Positions 54,151 to 63,690 of a DNA stretch of 64,000 nucleotides are shown in pieces. The translations under genes and the position numbers were made by a program. Origin of the DNA: an uncultured Desulfobacterales bacterium (GTDB taxonomy: Bacteria > Desulfobacterota > Desulfobaccia > Desulfobaccales > 0-14-0-80-60-11); NCBI GenBank assembly GCA_964480485.1, contig CAYZOP010000003.1:184057-248056 (forward strand), in the 5' to 3' direction. The notes under the pieces are model-generated. The model searched no databases. It saw only the letters and a list, made by a program, of their open reading frames with translations, and was not told the DNA's origin. Position 1 is the stretch's first letter. Every line of letters starts with the position of its first letter.

Positions 54151-55869
54151 ATGCGTTTTTCCCGTCTGCTCATCCCCACCATGAAGGAAAACCCCACCGA
54201 GGCCGAAGCCGTCTCCCACCGGCTGCTGCTCAGGGCCGGCATGATCCGCAAACTGGCCTCCGGCATTTATCATTACCTCCCCCTGGGACTCCGGGTGTTG
54301 CGCAAAGTGGAAGCCATCGTCCGGGAGGAAATGAACCGGGCCGGGGCCCAGGAAGTGCTGCTCCCCGCCGTCCAGCCTGCCGAGCTCTGGCAGGAGAGCG
54401 GCCGCTGGGAGATTTACGGCAAGGAACTGCTGCGCTTCAAGGACCGCCACAACCGGGACTGCTGCTTTGGGCCCACCCATGAGGAGGTCATCACGGACCT
54501 GGTGCGCCGGGAGGTGCACTCTTACCGGCAGCTTCCCCTGAACCTCTACCAGATCCAGGTGAAATTCCGGGATGAAATCCGCCCCCGCTTCGGGCTGATC
54601 CGGGGCCGGGAATTCATCATGAAGGATGGCTACAGTTTCGACGCCAACGAAGCCGGCGCCGAAGCCACCTACCGGGCCATGTATGAGGCTTATAACCGCA
54701 TCTTCCAACGGTGCGGCCTCAATTTTAAGACCGTGGAGGCGGATACCGGTCCCATCGGCGGCAGCTTTTCCCATGAGTTCATGGTGCTGGCCGACACCGG
54801 CGAGGACACCCTGGCCTCCTGCACGGCGTGCGATTATGCCGCCAACCTGGAGAAGGCCGAGGTGGTGCCGCCGGCACCCCGGTCCGGACCGGCCATGGTG
54901 GCCCCCCCTTTGGATCAGGTGGCTACGCCAGAGTCACGCAGCGTCGAGGAGGTGGCCGCCTTTTTCCAGGTTTCTCCCCGGGAAATCGTCAAGACCCTGC
55001 TGTATGAAACCCAACAGGGGGTGGTGGCCATACTCCTGAGGGGCGACCACGAGGTCAACGAGGTCAAGGTAAAAAACCTCCTGGGGGTCACCGAGCTCAC
55101 CCTGGCCGGCGCGGCCCGGGTGGAGAACCTCACCGGCGCCGAGGTGGGGTTCAGCGGGCCGGTGGGTCTGAACCTGCCGCTCTATGCCGACCAGGCGGTG
55201 ATGGCCCTGTCCTCCTGCATCACCGGCGCCAACCGTACCGGCTTCCACCTGAATCATGTCCAGCCCGGCCGGGACTTCCAGCCCCTCCGGGTGGCGGACC
55301 TGCGCACGGTGACCGCCGCCGATCCCTGCCCCCGCTGCGGCGGCGTCCTCACTCTGCTCAAGGGGATCGAGGTGGGCCACATCTTCAAGCTGGGCTTGAA
55401 ATACTCTCAGGCCCTGAAAGCCACCTTTTTGGACGCGGCGGGGGTCGAACAGTTCATTTTCATGGGCTGCTATGGCATCGGCGTTTCCCGCATTGTGGCC
55501 GCGGCCATCGAGCAGGGCCACGACGCCGACGGCATCATCTGGCCGGTGGCCCTGGCTCCCTTCCAGGTGATGCTCATTCCCATCAGCCTGCACGACGAGC
55601 CCACGCAGGCCGCCATCCTCAAGCTCCATGAGGAGCTTACCGCCGCCGGCCTGGAAGTCCTCCTGGATGACCGGGATGAACGGCCCGGCGTCAAGTTCAA
55701 GGACTGCGACCTCCTGGGGATTCCCCTGCGGGTGGTGGTGGGGCCCAAGACCTTGGCCCAGGGCCAGGCGGAAGTGCGCCGCCGCCGGGACCGGCAGACG
55801 GTCTTCATCGGGTTGGACAAGCTTGGGGCTTACGTAAAAGCGTACGTAAACCAGGAACTCCATGGGTAG
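54151..55869 (+). CDS. proS: proline--tRNA ligase (bacterial type with editing insertion)
   Basis: [46 protein letters not shown]. An AGGAG RBS lies before the ATG at 54151. Confidence 0.97.
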   Translation: MRFSRLLIPTMKENPTEAEAVSHRLLLRAGMIRKLASGIYHYLPLGLRVLRKVEAIVREEMNRAGAQEVLLPAVQPAELWQESGRWEIYGKELLRFKDRHNRDCCFGPTHEEVITDLVRREVHSYRQLPLNLYQIQVKFRDEIRPRFGLIRGREFIMKDGYSFDANEAGAEATYRAMYEAYNRIFQRCGLNFKTVEADTGPIGGSFSHEFMVLADTGEDTLASCTACDYAANLEKAEVVPPAPRSGPAMVAPPLDQVATPESRSVEEVAAFFQVSPREIVKTLLYETQQGVVAILLRGDHEVNEVKVKNLLGVTELTLAGAARVENLTGAEVGFSGPVGLNLPLYADQAVMALSSCITGANRTGFHLNHVQPGRDFQPLRVADLRTVTAADPCPRCGGVLTLLKGIEVGHIFKLGLKYSQALKATFLDAAGVEQFIFMGCYGIGVSRIVAAAIEQGHDADGIIWPVALAPFQVMLIPISLHDEPTQAAILKLHEELTAAGLEVLLDDRDERPGVKFKDCDLLGIPLRVVVGPKTLAQGQAEVRRRRDRQTVFIGLDKLGAYVKAYVNQELHG

Positions 55870-57997
55870 ATTCATCCGCCTCCAGGACATTGAAGAAGAG
55901 GTCCTCAAACACCACCCGGGGGCGGATATTTCCCTCATTCAGAAGGCCTACATCTTCTCCGCCAAGGCGCATGAAGGTCAAATGCGCCTGAGCGGCGAGC
56001 CCTATCTCTCCCACCCCCTGGAAGTGGGCTACATCCTGGCCCAGATGGGCCTGGGGCCCGTCACCGTTTCCTGCGGCCTGCTGCATGACACCGTGGAGGA
56101 TACCTTTGCCTCCCTGGACGAACTGGATGAATACTTCGGGGAGGAAGTCACCGATATCGTCAACGGGGTCACCAAAATCGGCCAGCTCGTTTTCGGGGAC
56201 AAGCTCACTCAGCAGGCGGAGTACCTGCGCAAAATGGTACTCTCCATGTCCCACGACATCCGGGTGCTGCTGGTGAAGTTGGCCGACCGGGTGCACAACA
56301 TGCGTACCCTGGGGCACATGGAGTCCCACAAACAGAAACGCATCGCCCGGGAAACCCTGGACATCTACGCCCCGCTGGCCGGTCGCCTGGGGATGTTCCG
56401 GCTCAAGGCTGAGCTGGAGGACCTGGCCTTTTTCTATCTGGAACCCGAGGCCTATCAGCAAATCCAGGAAGGTCTCATCCGGAAAAAAGGGGAACGGGAA
56501 AAATACATCCAGGAGGTCTGCCAGCTTCTCCGGGACAAGCTGAAGGAGCACGGCCTCACCGGCGAAGTAAGCGGCCGGCTGAAGAACCACTACAGCATCT
56601 ACCGCAAGATTCAGTCCCAACAGATCAGTCTGGACGAACTCCACGACATCCTGGCGTTCCGCATTATCCTGAATACCGTGGGGGAGTGCTACGAGGCCTT
56701 GGGGATCATCCACCATTATTTCCGGCCGGTGCCGGGCCGCCTGAAAGATTATATCGGCATGCCCAAGGCCAACCTCTATCAATCCATCCACACCACGGTC
56801 ATCGGCCCTTATGGCGAGCGCATGGAGGTGCAGATCCGCACCCAGGAGATGCACCGGGTGGCCGAGGAAGGCATTGCCGCCCACTGGAGCTATAAGGAAA
56901 AACGCCCCTTTCGGGAACAGGACGCCCAGCGCTTCGCCTGGCTGAGGCAGATGGTGGACCTGCAAAAAGACCTCACCAGCCCGGAAGACCTGCTGGAAGG
57001 GGTGCGGCTGGAACTCTATCCCGACGAGGTCTACGTCTTCACCCCCCAAGGCGAGGTCAAGGAGCTGCCCCGGGGCTCCACGCCGGTGGATTTTGCCTAC
57101 AGCATCCATACCGAGGTGGGCAACTCCTGCGTGGGTGCCAAGGTCAACGGCCGCATGGTTGCCTTGCGCTATGAGCTGCAAAACGGCGACACCGTGGAGA
57201 TCCTCACTTCGCCCAACCAGCACCCCAACCGGGATTGGCTGCAATTCGTCAAGACCACCAAGGCCCGGGCCAAAATCCGCCAATGGCTCAAGGCCACCGA
57301 GCGGGCCCAGAGCATCAGCCTGGGGAAAGAGCTGCTGGAGCGCGAATTGCGCAAACACGGCTTGCAAAAACTGCTGAAGGAGGGAGACGACCTCCGGAAA
57401 ATTGGGCAGGAGCTCTCTCTGGTGCGCCTGGATGATCTCTTTGAAGCCATCGGCCACGGCAAATACTCCGCCGGCCAGGTGGTGGGCCGGGTGCTCAAGA
57501 GCCTGGCTCCCGAGCCGGAACCGCCCACGGAACTGGAGACCAAACCTCCCAAAGAGCTGGGCCCCATCCGCATCAAGGGTCTCCAGGACCTCCTCATCCG
57601 CCTGGCCAGCTGCTGCCAGCCCATTCCCGGCGACCCCATCCTGGGTTACATCACCCGGGGCAAGGGGGTGACTATCCACCGGGCCGACTGTCCGTATCTG
57701 GCCCGCACTGAGTCTTTCCGCCAGATCCCGGCGGAATGGGACGGGCATCAGCAGAATCTCTATCCGGCCAACATCCAAGTGGTCACCGTTGACAAACCCG
57801 GCATGTTGGCGGATATCACCGGCGCCCTCAAGGCCGCCGACGTCAACGTCACCAAGGCCTCGGTGGAAACCACGGCGGACCGGCGGGGGATTGCCAACTT
57901 CACCGTGCAGGTGGCCGACCAGCAGCACCTGGACCGGGTGCTGGCCTCCATCAAACGGCTGAAAGAGGTGATCTCGGTGCGGCGGGTGACCGGGTAG
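55862..57997 (+). CDS. rel: bifunctional (p)ppGpp synthetase/hydrolase (RelA/SpoT homolog)
   Basis: The HD domain is [34 protein letters not shown]. The synthetase domain contains SIYRKI...DILAFRIIL...[11 protein letters not shown] and ACT domains form the C-terminus. Confidence 0.95.
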   Translation: MGRFIRLQDIEEEVLKHHPGADISLIQKAYIFSAKAHEGQMRLSGEPYLSHPLEVGYILAQMGLGPVTVSCGLLHDTVEDTFASLDELDEYFGEEVTDIVNGVTKIGQLVFGDKLTQQAEYLRKMVLSMSHDIRVLLVKLADRVHNMRTLGHMESHKQKRIARETLDIYAPLAGRLGMFRLKAELEDLAFFYLEPEAYQQIQEGLIRKKGEREKYIQEVCQLLRDKLKEHGLTGEVSGRLKNHYSIYRKIQSQQISLDELHDILAFRIILNTVGECYEALGIIHHYFRPVPGRLKDYIGMPKANLYQSIHTTVIGPYGERMEVQIRTQEMHRVAEEGIAAHWSYKEKRPFREQDAQRFAWLRQMVDLQKDLTSPEDLLEGVRLELYPDEVYVFTPQGEVKELPRGSTPVDFAYSIHTEVGNSCVGAKVNGRMVALRYELQNGDTVEILTSPNQHPNRDWLQFVKTTKARAKIRQWLKATERAQSISLGKELLERELRKHGLQKLLKEGDDLRKIGQELSLVRLDDLFEAIGHGKYSAGQVVGRVLKSLAPEPEPPTELETKPPKELGPIRIKGLQDLLIRLASCCQPIPGDPILGYITRGKGVTIHRADCPYLARTESFRQIPAEWDGHQQNLYPANIQVVTVDKPGMLADITGALKAADVNVTKASVETTADRRGIANFTVQVADQQHLDRVLASIKRLKEVISVRRVTG

Positions 57998-58012
57998 AGG
58001 GCAGAAATTGGT

Positions 58013-58052
58013 GCGGGGAGGGTGGGGAGCCATGGCTCCCCACCCTCCCCGC
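58013..58052. terminator. perfect 40-nt GC-rich palindrome between convergent rel and rpmB (likely bidirectional terminator)
   Basis: gcggggagggtggggagccatggctccccaccctccccgc equals its own reverse complement. It starts 15 nt after the rel stop. No clear U-tract is present. Confidence 0.6.
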
Positions 58053-58143
58053 CATCGCCCCACCCGCTTGAAGGGATTGGGGGAGGGAAAGTGGGAAAGG
58101 GGTCAGGCCCTGGGCCTTGGGCCCCCTCCTCCAACACCAGGCT

Positions 58144-58335
58144 TCACGCCGGCTTGACCACGGCGCCGGAGCGCAGGCAGCGGGTGCAGACCCGGACGAA
58201 GCGCACCGTGCCGGCGCGCAAAGCCCGGACCCGGCGCAGGTTGGGCTTCCAGCGCTTCTTGGTGCGGTTGTTGGCGTGGCTGACATTGTTGCCCATCTGG
58301 GGGCGCTTGCCGCAGATTTCACACGTATATGCCAT
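58144..58335 (-). CDS. rpmB: 50S ribosomal protein L28
   Basis: [37 protein letters not shown]. 63 aa. Confidence 0.95.
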   Translation of the reverse strand: MAYTCEICGKRPQMGNNVSHANNRTKKRWKPNLRRVRALRAGTVRFVRVCTRCLRSGAVVKPA

Positions 58336-58400
58336 GGTTGCATGCTCCTTCTGAACTGAGGTACTGTACCCGATTTTTTTGAAATGACAAGGGCAACCAC

Positions 58401-59252
58401 ATGAAATTTCTTTGCTGGGCCTGCCTCCCGGCCCTTATCCTGGCGGTCTGGACACCCGGGCACGGAGCCCCGCCGGCCGCTTTGCCGCCGGCCGAGGAAG
58501 CACAGCTCTATTCCCTCAGGGATTTGGGGCCGGTGGACTTCTCCCCCAAGACCCTGGCGGTGGAAATCTATTCCGCCCCCTTGGACGAACTCAAACCCTT
58601 TTTGCGGATGCTCCCCCAGGTTTGGACCAAAGCGGAGACGTTTTACCGCCGGCTGGGGGTAAATTTGGTCCAGGTCCCGGCCACCACCCGCCCGGGGCCG
58701 TTGGCCCCGGCTCAGCGCCTCCGTCTGGAGGCCCTCCCCTACCAGGAATGGCTGGCCCGCAGTTTTCAGGCCTTTAACGTGGCGCCCCCCTTCCGCCTCA
58801 GCTTTCTCTCTGTCTGCCAGAACAAGTATGCCTTTGCCCATCTCCCCCTGTCAGTGGTTCATTTCTCCTACCGGCGGTTTCAGGAGGCGGTGCTGGTCCA
58901 TGAACCGGGAGGCGCCCAGCTGTCCCCCCAATGGCTGGCCAATGTCATCATCCATGAGTTGGGCCATCTCATGGGGCTCTTCCATGCCCACGAGTTCATC
59001 AACGATCCGGTGGAAGAGTTCCTCCCTGACGGCCGGACGCCCAACTTCATGAGCCACTACCTCACCCATAAGGGGGAGTTGGGCTGGGTCCCCTGGCAGC
59101 GGACGGCGATCCACAGCTATTTGGCAAAGGGCAAGGTGTTCGAGCAGTACCGCCGGGTGGAGTTCGATCCCCTGCGCTACCTGGAATTGGTAAAGCAGCA
59201 CAACGACTTCCGGGAGCCCGGCAAGGAAGACCCCAGGTGCCCCAGGGACTGA
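58401..59252 (+). CDS. secreted metzincin-like zinc metallopeptidase (HExxHxxGxxH)
   Basis: Signal peptide [22 protein letters not shown]. The motif [16 protein letters not shown] fits HExxHxxGxxH, and a candidate Met-turn lies at PNFMSHY. Confidence 0.7.
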   Translation: MKFLCWACLPALILAVWTPGHGAPPAALPPAEEAQLYSLRDLGPVDFSPKTLAVEIYSAPLDELKPFLRMLPQVWTKAETFYRRLGVNLVQVPATTRPGPLAPAQRLRLEALPYQEWLARSFQAFNVAPPFRLSFLSVCQNKYAFAHLPLSVVHFSYRRFQEAVLVHEPGGAQLSPQWLANVIIHELGHLMGLFHAHEFINDPVEEFLPDGRTPNFMSHYLTHKGELGWVPWQRTAIHSYLAKGKVFEQYRRVEFDPLRYLELVKQHNDFREPGKEDPRCPRD

Positions 59253-59298
59253 TGGTGCCGGGTTCCTGAAGCCGGGGCCGGTGCCCCTTCCTGTGGCT

Positions 59299-60210
59299 TC
59301 ACTGCGTCCCGATGAAAAAGGGGCGGAAGGCGCTCTCGGGGCGCCTCAGGGCGGCCTCGATCTCCGCCGTCAGCCGCGCCCGGTCCTCCGGCAGCCGTCC
59401 CCGGAGATCAAGATAGTTGGTGTAATGGTCACTCACCACCTGGGCGGGCACCTCGATGGCCTCGATGAGGGTGCGGGTTTCCCGGAGAATCTCATGCGGA
59501 CCTGAGAGGTGGAAGCGGCCGGCTTGCAACTCCGCCAACAGCGGGGTATCCACCTTGGGAACCAGGGTGCGCAGGCGCACGAAGGCCGGCCGCGCCGCGT
59601 TGATCACGGCCGCCGAGGCCAGGGCATGGCGCCTTGCCCCCTCCGGTCCGCCCAAACCCAAAATCAGGTAGGCCGACAGCTCGATGCCCGCTTCGTTAAG
59701 CAATGCCCCGGCCTCTATGTGGGTGGCGGCGGCGGCTCCCTTCCGGACCCGCACCAGGAGCTCATCGTCCCCGCTTTCGAACCCGGCGTGAATCCTGCTC
59801 AAGCCGGCTTGGGCCAGGCGCCGCAGTCCTGCCAAGCCATGGCGCACGATATACTGGGAGGAGCCGTATACGGTGAGGCGCTCCAGGCGGGGGAAGACTT
59901 CCCGGCCGTAGGCGCAGATGGCGGCCAGGGCCTGGGTGGGCATGGCAATGGTGTTGCCCGCCGGGAAAAAGAGGGTCCGGACCCGGTGGCCATATACCCG
60001 GCGAGCCTCTGCCAAATCCTCCTTGATCTCCGCCACCGGCCGGATTTTAAAGCGGGTCTTCTTATAGACCATGCAGAAGGTGCAGCGGTTGTGGGGGCAG
60101 CCCACGGTGGCCTGAATCAGCAGGCTGTCGGCTTCGCTGGGCGGGCGGTAGATGGGACCTTCGTAGCGCATGGCGGTTTTCGGCGCCAACCGCTGGCCAA
60201 GCAGCGGCAC
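59299..60210 (-). CDS. radical SAM domain protein
   Basis: YRPPSEADSLLIQATVGCPHNRCTFCMVYK has a cluster-binding triad spaced Cx4Cx2C. This was verified at DNA level (TGC CCC CAC AAC CGC TGC ACC TTC TGC on the reverse strand, about 60072-60098). Confidence 0.8.
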   Translation of the reverse strand: MPLLGQRLAPKTAMRYEGPIYRPPSEADSLLIQATVGCPHNRCTFCMVYKKTRFKIRPVAEIKEDLAEARRVYGHRVRTLFFPAGNTIAMPTQALAAICAYGREVFPRLERLTVYGSSQYIVRHGLAGLRRLAQAGLSRIHAGFESGDDELLVRVRKGAAAATHIEAGALLNEAGIELSAYLILGLGGPEGARRHALASAAVINAARPAFVRLRTLVPKVDTPLLAELQAGRFHLSGPHEILRETRTLIEAIEVPAQVVSDHYTNYLDLRGRLPEDRARLTAEIEAALRRPESAFRPFFIGTQ

Positions 60211-60281
60211 CGTTCTTCCTTTGATTATACCACCGGAACCTGGCGCCGCCGCCCCAGGGTGAGACAGGAGGGCTTCGCCCC

Positions 60282-60662
60282 ATGGTACGGATGAAGCGGG
60301 TCTATGAGGCCCCCGACCCCGAGGACGGAGGGCGTTTTCTGGTGGACCGCCTCTGGCCCCGGGGGGTGAAGAAGGAAGGCGCCGGGCTCACGGGCTGGCT
60401 CCGAGACTTGGCGCCCTCGGATGAGCTGCGGCGCTGGTTCCACCACAACCCGGCCCGCTGGGAGGAGTTCCGGGCGCGCTACCGCCGGGAGCTGGCCGCG
60501 CCCGCCTGCCAGGCGCTGCTGCGGGACCTGGCGCAGCGGGCCCGCACCGGGGTCGTGACCCTGGTCTATGCGGCCAAGGACGAGGCGCATAACAACGCCC
60601 GGGTCCTCAGCGAGGCGCTGGAGGAACTCCTGTCTGATCCCGCCGGGAAAGGGTCGGCATGA
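60282..60662 (+). CDS. DUF488 family protein
   Basis: MKRVYEAPDPEDGGRFLVDRLWPRGVKKE...LAPSDELRRWFHHNPARWEEFRARY...TLVYAAKDEAHNNA, typical DUF488. An AGGAGG RBS is present. Confidence 0.85.
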   Translation: MVRMKRVYEAPDPEDGGRFLVDRLWPRGVKKEGAGLTGWLRDLAPSDELRRWFHHNPARWEEFRARYRRELAAPACQALLRDLAQRARTGVVTLVYAAKDEAHNNARVLSEALEELLSDPAGKGSA

Positions 60663-61063
60663 CGACTCTTCCGTCCGGGGGGAAACGTTGCCGCCGGACA
60701 AGGGCAGAGGCCCGGGGCGCGGTCATCTTCGCCCCCCGGGAGGGCCTCCTGCGGCTCCGGAACCGGGGGGCCGCAAAAATTTTCGGGCACTCCGAGGCCT
60801 TGGGCCGCTCCCTGGACCTCGTCATCCCGGAGCGCCTGAGGGAGCGGCACCGGCAGGAAGACCTGAAGCTCACGGCCCGCCTTATCGCCCCGGGAGGCCG
60901 GGTGCACCCCACAGAGGGGAGAAAGCGGCCCGCCCCTCATTCCTCCCAGGAAATGGCCGAGGCCGGGCAGGAATTGATGGCGTCCTCGATGCAGGCGGGA
61001 TCCCCGCCTTCCGGCACGAGAACCCGCGATTTGCCCAACACCTCGTCCAGCTCAAAGATCTGA
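60659..61063 (+). CDS. PAS-domain fragment ORF (possible truncated gene/pseudogene)
   Basis: The ATG overlaps the DUF488 stop (ATGA). RNRGAAKIFGHSEALGRSLDLVIPERLRERH looks like the first half of a PAS domain. After that the sequence is low complexity, and the ORF overlaps the convergent ferredoxin gene by 127 nt. Confidence 0.3.
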   Translation: MTTLPSGGKRCRRTRAEARGAVIFAPREGLLRLRNRGAAKIFGHSEALGRSLDLVIPERLRERHRQEDLKLTARLIAPGGRVHPTEGRKRPAPHSSQEMAEAGQELMASSMQAGSPPSGTRTRDLPNTSSSSKI

Positions 61064-61131
61064 GGGCACAAAGCGGCACAGGTGCCGCACCCCAGGCAGG
61101 CCTCCTGGTCCACCACGACTTTCTTCGCCAT
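60937..61131 (-). CDS. small single-cluster [4Fe-4S]/[3Fe-4S]-type ferredoxin
   Basis: MAKKVVVDQEACLGCGTCAALCPQIFELDE...DPACIEDAINSCPASAISWEE (CxxCxxC...CP). An AAAGGAG RBS lies before the ATG at 61131. Confidence 0.85.
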   Translation of the reverse strand: MAKKVVVDQEACLGCGTCAALCPQIFELDEVLGKSRVLVPEGGDPACIEDAINSCPASAISWEE

Positions 61132-61247
61132 GCCTGCTCCTTTCCGCATTGTCCTCCGTGGTTCACTGACACGGGTTTTGAGATGGGGGGGTGAGGGAGG
61201 AGGCAGGGGTTGGCAAGCTGCGCCCCCCTCACCTGCTGACCTCGCCC

Positions 61248-61565
61248 TCAAATGGGCGGCGCAATGGTCACCAGCAGACGCACCTCCGTGGCAGCCCGAA
61301 ACCCATGGGGTTCAGCAATATCGCACACCAGCACATCCCCTGGCTGTGCTGGCATTTTGGCGTCACCTTTCCCCAAAAACTCGCCGCGCCCCTCCAGGAC
61401 CACCAGGCTGAGCTGGCCCTCCACCTGATGGGCGTGCACCGGCAATTCCTGCCCTGCCTTGAAATTAAAATTAATGATCTTGAAGTAGGGCGAGTCATAC
61501 ACCAGCAGGCGCTTGAAAGACGTATCGCTGAAGTCATTGGCCTCGATAAGGTTGATCTTTTTCAT
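61248..61565 (-). CDS. cupin domain protein
   Basis: 105 aa. FKAGQELPVHAHQVEGQLSLVVLEGRGEF...PGDVLVCDIAEPHGF matches cupin motifs 1 and 2. An AGGAGG RBS is present. Confidence 0.85.
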   Translation of the reverse strand: MKKINLIEANDFSDTSFKRLLVYDSPYFKIINFNFKAGQELPVHAHQVEGQLSLVVLEGRGEFLGKGDAKMPAQPGDVLVCDIAEPHGFRAATEVRLLVTIAPPI

Positions 61566-61761
61566 GGCACGGGCCTCCTTGAGGGAAAATGGGCGGGATA
61601 AACCTGCCCTTTAGAATAGAGCCCGATTTGCCAGATGTCATGACGTGAGTCAACATCCTGTCAAAGCGGGGAAAAAAGGACCGACGGCCGAAAAAATGCT
61701 CTTACGGGGATGAGGGAGGGGGCAGGGGCCACCGGGCCTCGGCCCCATCACCTGCCCGGGC

Positions 61762-63051
61762 TCAATGCTTGAAGGCCCGCTGGCCGGTGAAGACCATAGC
61801 CACCGGCGGCTCCGCTTCGTTGCAGGCCTCGATGACCTCCCAGTCCCGGATGGAGCCCCCGGGGTGGCAGACGGCGCTGATACCCTGGCGGATTCCCACG
61901 TCCACCCCGTCCCGAAACGGGAAAAAGGCATCGGAAATCATCACCGAGCCCAGGAGGCCGCCTTTGGCGTCTTCCGTTTCCTTGTCGATCTCCACCTTGT
62001 CCGAGGGTTCCTTTTTCCTCTGAAGGATTTCCAGTTCCAGGGTCTTGTAAGGGATGCCGAAGCGCTGGAAGCAAAGCTTGTCGGCATACTTGGTGTACGC
62101 CTTGAAGATGGCGATTTCGGCCACCCCCACCCGGTCCTGCTCACCGGTGCCGATGCCCATGGTCACCCCGTCCTTGACGAAGAGCACTGAGTTTGAGGTC
62201 ACTCCCTGCTCTACCCACCAGCCGAAGAGCAGGTCCTCATATTCCCGGTCCGTGGGCTCCCGGCGGGGGCGGTATTCTTTCCCCTGGTAGACTGCTACGG
62301 CGGGCTTGAAGTCCTCCTTTTTCAGGATGGCGCAGATGGGCGACTGCTGGACGATGAGGCCGCCGTCGATGAGGCTCTTGAAGTCCACGAAGCGGCCGGT
62401 GAGGAATTCCCCCAACCGGTCGAAGCGCTTCACCTGGATGATGCGCAGATCCTTGGACTTTTTCAGAATATCCAGGGAGCCTGCCTCATAGTCCGGCGCG
62501 GCCACCACCTCCAGGTAGTTTCGGCTCACCAGCTCCGCGGTGGTCTTGTCCAGGGCCCGGTTAAAGACCGCGGCGCCCCCGAAGGCGGCGATGCGGTCGG
62601 CCATGTTGGCCTTGTCATAGGCTTCGGCCAGCGTCGCACCCCAGGCCGCGCCGCAGGGGTTGTTGTGCTTGAGGATCACCGCCGCCGGCTTGGCGTTAAG
62701 GAACTTGATGATATTCAAACCGTTGTCCAGGTCGGTGAGGTTGGTTTTGCCCGGGTGTTTGCCGGCCTGGAGCATCCCCGCTTCGTCCAGGGCGCTGGTG
62801 AGGCCGTTGCCCGGCTCGATGAACCGACAGTTCCCCAACACCAGGTTACCGTTCACCAGCTCGTAGAGGGCCGCCTCCTGGTCGGGATTCTCCCCGTAGC
62901 GCAGGCCGCTCTCGATGAGTTCTCCCTTGGCGTCGGGAATCTTCCAGGTGCGTTTCCGATAGACGAGCTTCTGGTCGCCGAAGGTAATGGTGAGTTCCGG
63001 CGGAAAATGGTCCGTCAGGATGGTGCGGTACATGGCCTTCAGGTCACTCAT
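61762..63051 (-). CDS. purH: AICAR transformylase-domain protein (PurH-like, lacks the N-terminal MGS/IMP-cyclohydrolase domain)
   Basis: LRYGENPDQEAALY, ILKHNNPCGAA, NSVLFVKDGVTMGIGTGEQDRV, and a C-terminal AFFPFRDGVD...HPGGSIRD...TGQRAFKH. AAGGAG lies before the ATG at 63051. Confidence 0.9.
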   Translation of the reverse strand: MSDLKAMYRTILTDHFPPELTITFGDQKLVYRKRTWKIPDAKGELIESGLRYGENPDQEAALYELVNGNLVLGNCRFIEPGNGLTSALDEAGMLQAGKHPGKTNLTDLDNGLNIIKFLNAKPAAVILKHNNPCGAAWGATLAEAYDKANMADRIAAFGGAAVFNRALDKTTAELVSRNYLEVVAAPDYEAGSLDILKKSKDLRIIQVKRFDRLGEFLTGRFVDFKSLIDGGLIVQQSPICAILKKEDFKPAVAVYQGKEYRPRREPTDREYEDLLFGWWVEQGVTSNSVLFVKDGVTMGIGTGEQDRVGVAEIAIFKAYTKYADKLCFQRFGIPYKTLELEILQRKKEPSDKVEIDKETEDAKGGLLGSVMISDAFFPFRDGVDVGIRQGISAVCHPGGSIRDWEVIEACNEAEPPVAMVFTGQRAFKH

Positions 63052-63301
63052 CGTCGTCTCCTTATGGAGGCAGGTGGTGTACAGAGGGAGGGCCGAGGGT
63101 TGCAAAGCCCCTCCCCTTCCCCCGCAGCCCCCTCCCAACCGGCAGATATTTAAAGGGAATGCGGCTCAAACTCTTTTTGCCACCCGATATGTGTGGAAAA
63201 GGGAGCGATTCCAGGTCCCGGCTGCGAAACCCTTGCCTGGCAATCCTCCTCTATTCTGCCATGCCCCTCTTTCCCTGGCAAGCGGGCCGCAGCAGGACCG
63301 A

Positions 63302-63329
63302 TTGACGCCTGCGCTTTCCCCTGTATAAT
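63302..63329 (+). promoter_or_regulatory. near-consensus sigma70-type promoter
   Basis: TTGACG (63302-63307), 16 nt spacer, TATAAT (63324-63329), about 60 nt upstream of the 63391 ORF. Confidence 0.45.
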
Positions 63330-63390
63330 TTTCTTATCAGGTAGGTGCAACTGAAACAGACCTCAACGGAGGTGGACAGCCTCAGTCAAT

Positions 63391-63675
63391 ATGGATATCC
63401 GGGGCGTGGATCTCCTGCTGGGCCTGCTTTTGGGCGTGGGGCTGGGCGTCGGTCTGACCCTGGCCGTTGGCCGGGTGCGCCTCTGGCTGGGAAAATCCCC
63501 CACCGCCCGCCTGGCCGCGGAAAACCGGGAACTCAAACAGCGCCTCAAGGAAAAGGACCGACACGTCGGCCGCATGCTGGCGGAAACGAAAAAGCTGGCG
63601 GAAAAACTGGGAAAAACCAAACCATCGGTGAACATCGTCCCACCTGACGAACGCAACCCCGGCAAGGCGGGGTAA
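63391..63675 (+). CDS. small membrane-anchored coiled-coil protein (94 aa), hypothetical
   Basis: N-terminal TM segment (LLLGLLLGVGLGVGLTLAVG), then a charged helical region (ENRELKQRLKEKDRHVGRMLAETKKLAEKL). No family recognised. Confidence 0.5.
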   Translation: MDIRGVDLLLGLLLGVGLGVGLTLAVGRVRLWLGKSPTARLAAENRELKQRLKEKDRHVGRMLAETKKLAEKLGKTKPSVNIVPPDERNPGKAG

Positions 63676-63690
63676 GGGCAAGGAGGTTTT

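Noticed and set aside
55805-58063. 752-aa reverse-strand ORF opposite the rel gene
   Set aside because: It is a shadow of the RelA/SpoT coding frame, which has intact HD, synthetase, TGS and ACT regions.
63276-63290. TGGCAAGCGGGCCGC with GG-N10-GC spacing (sigma54-like) upstream of the 63391 ORF
   Set aside because: The -12 region is poor. A much better sigma70-type promoter lies 12 nt downstream, and GC-rich DNA produces such matches by chance.
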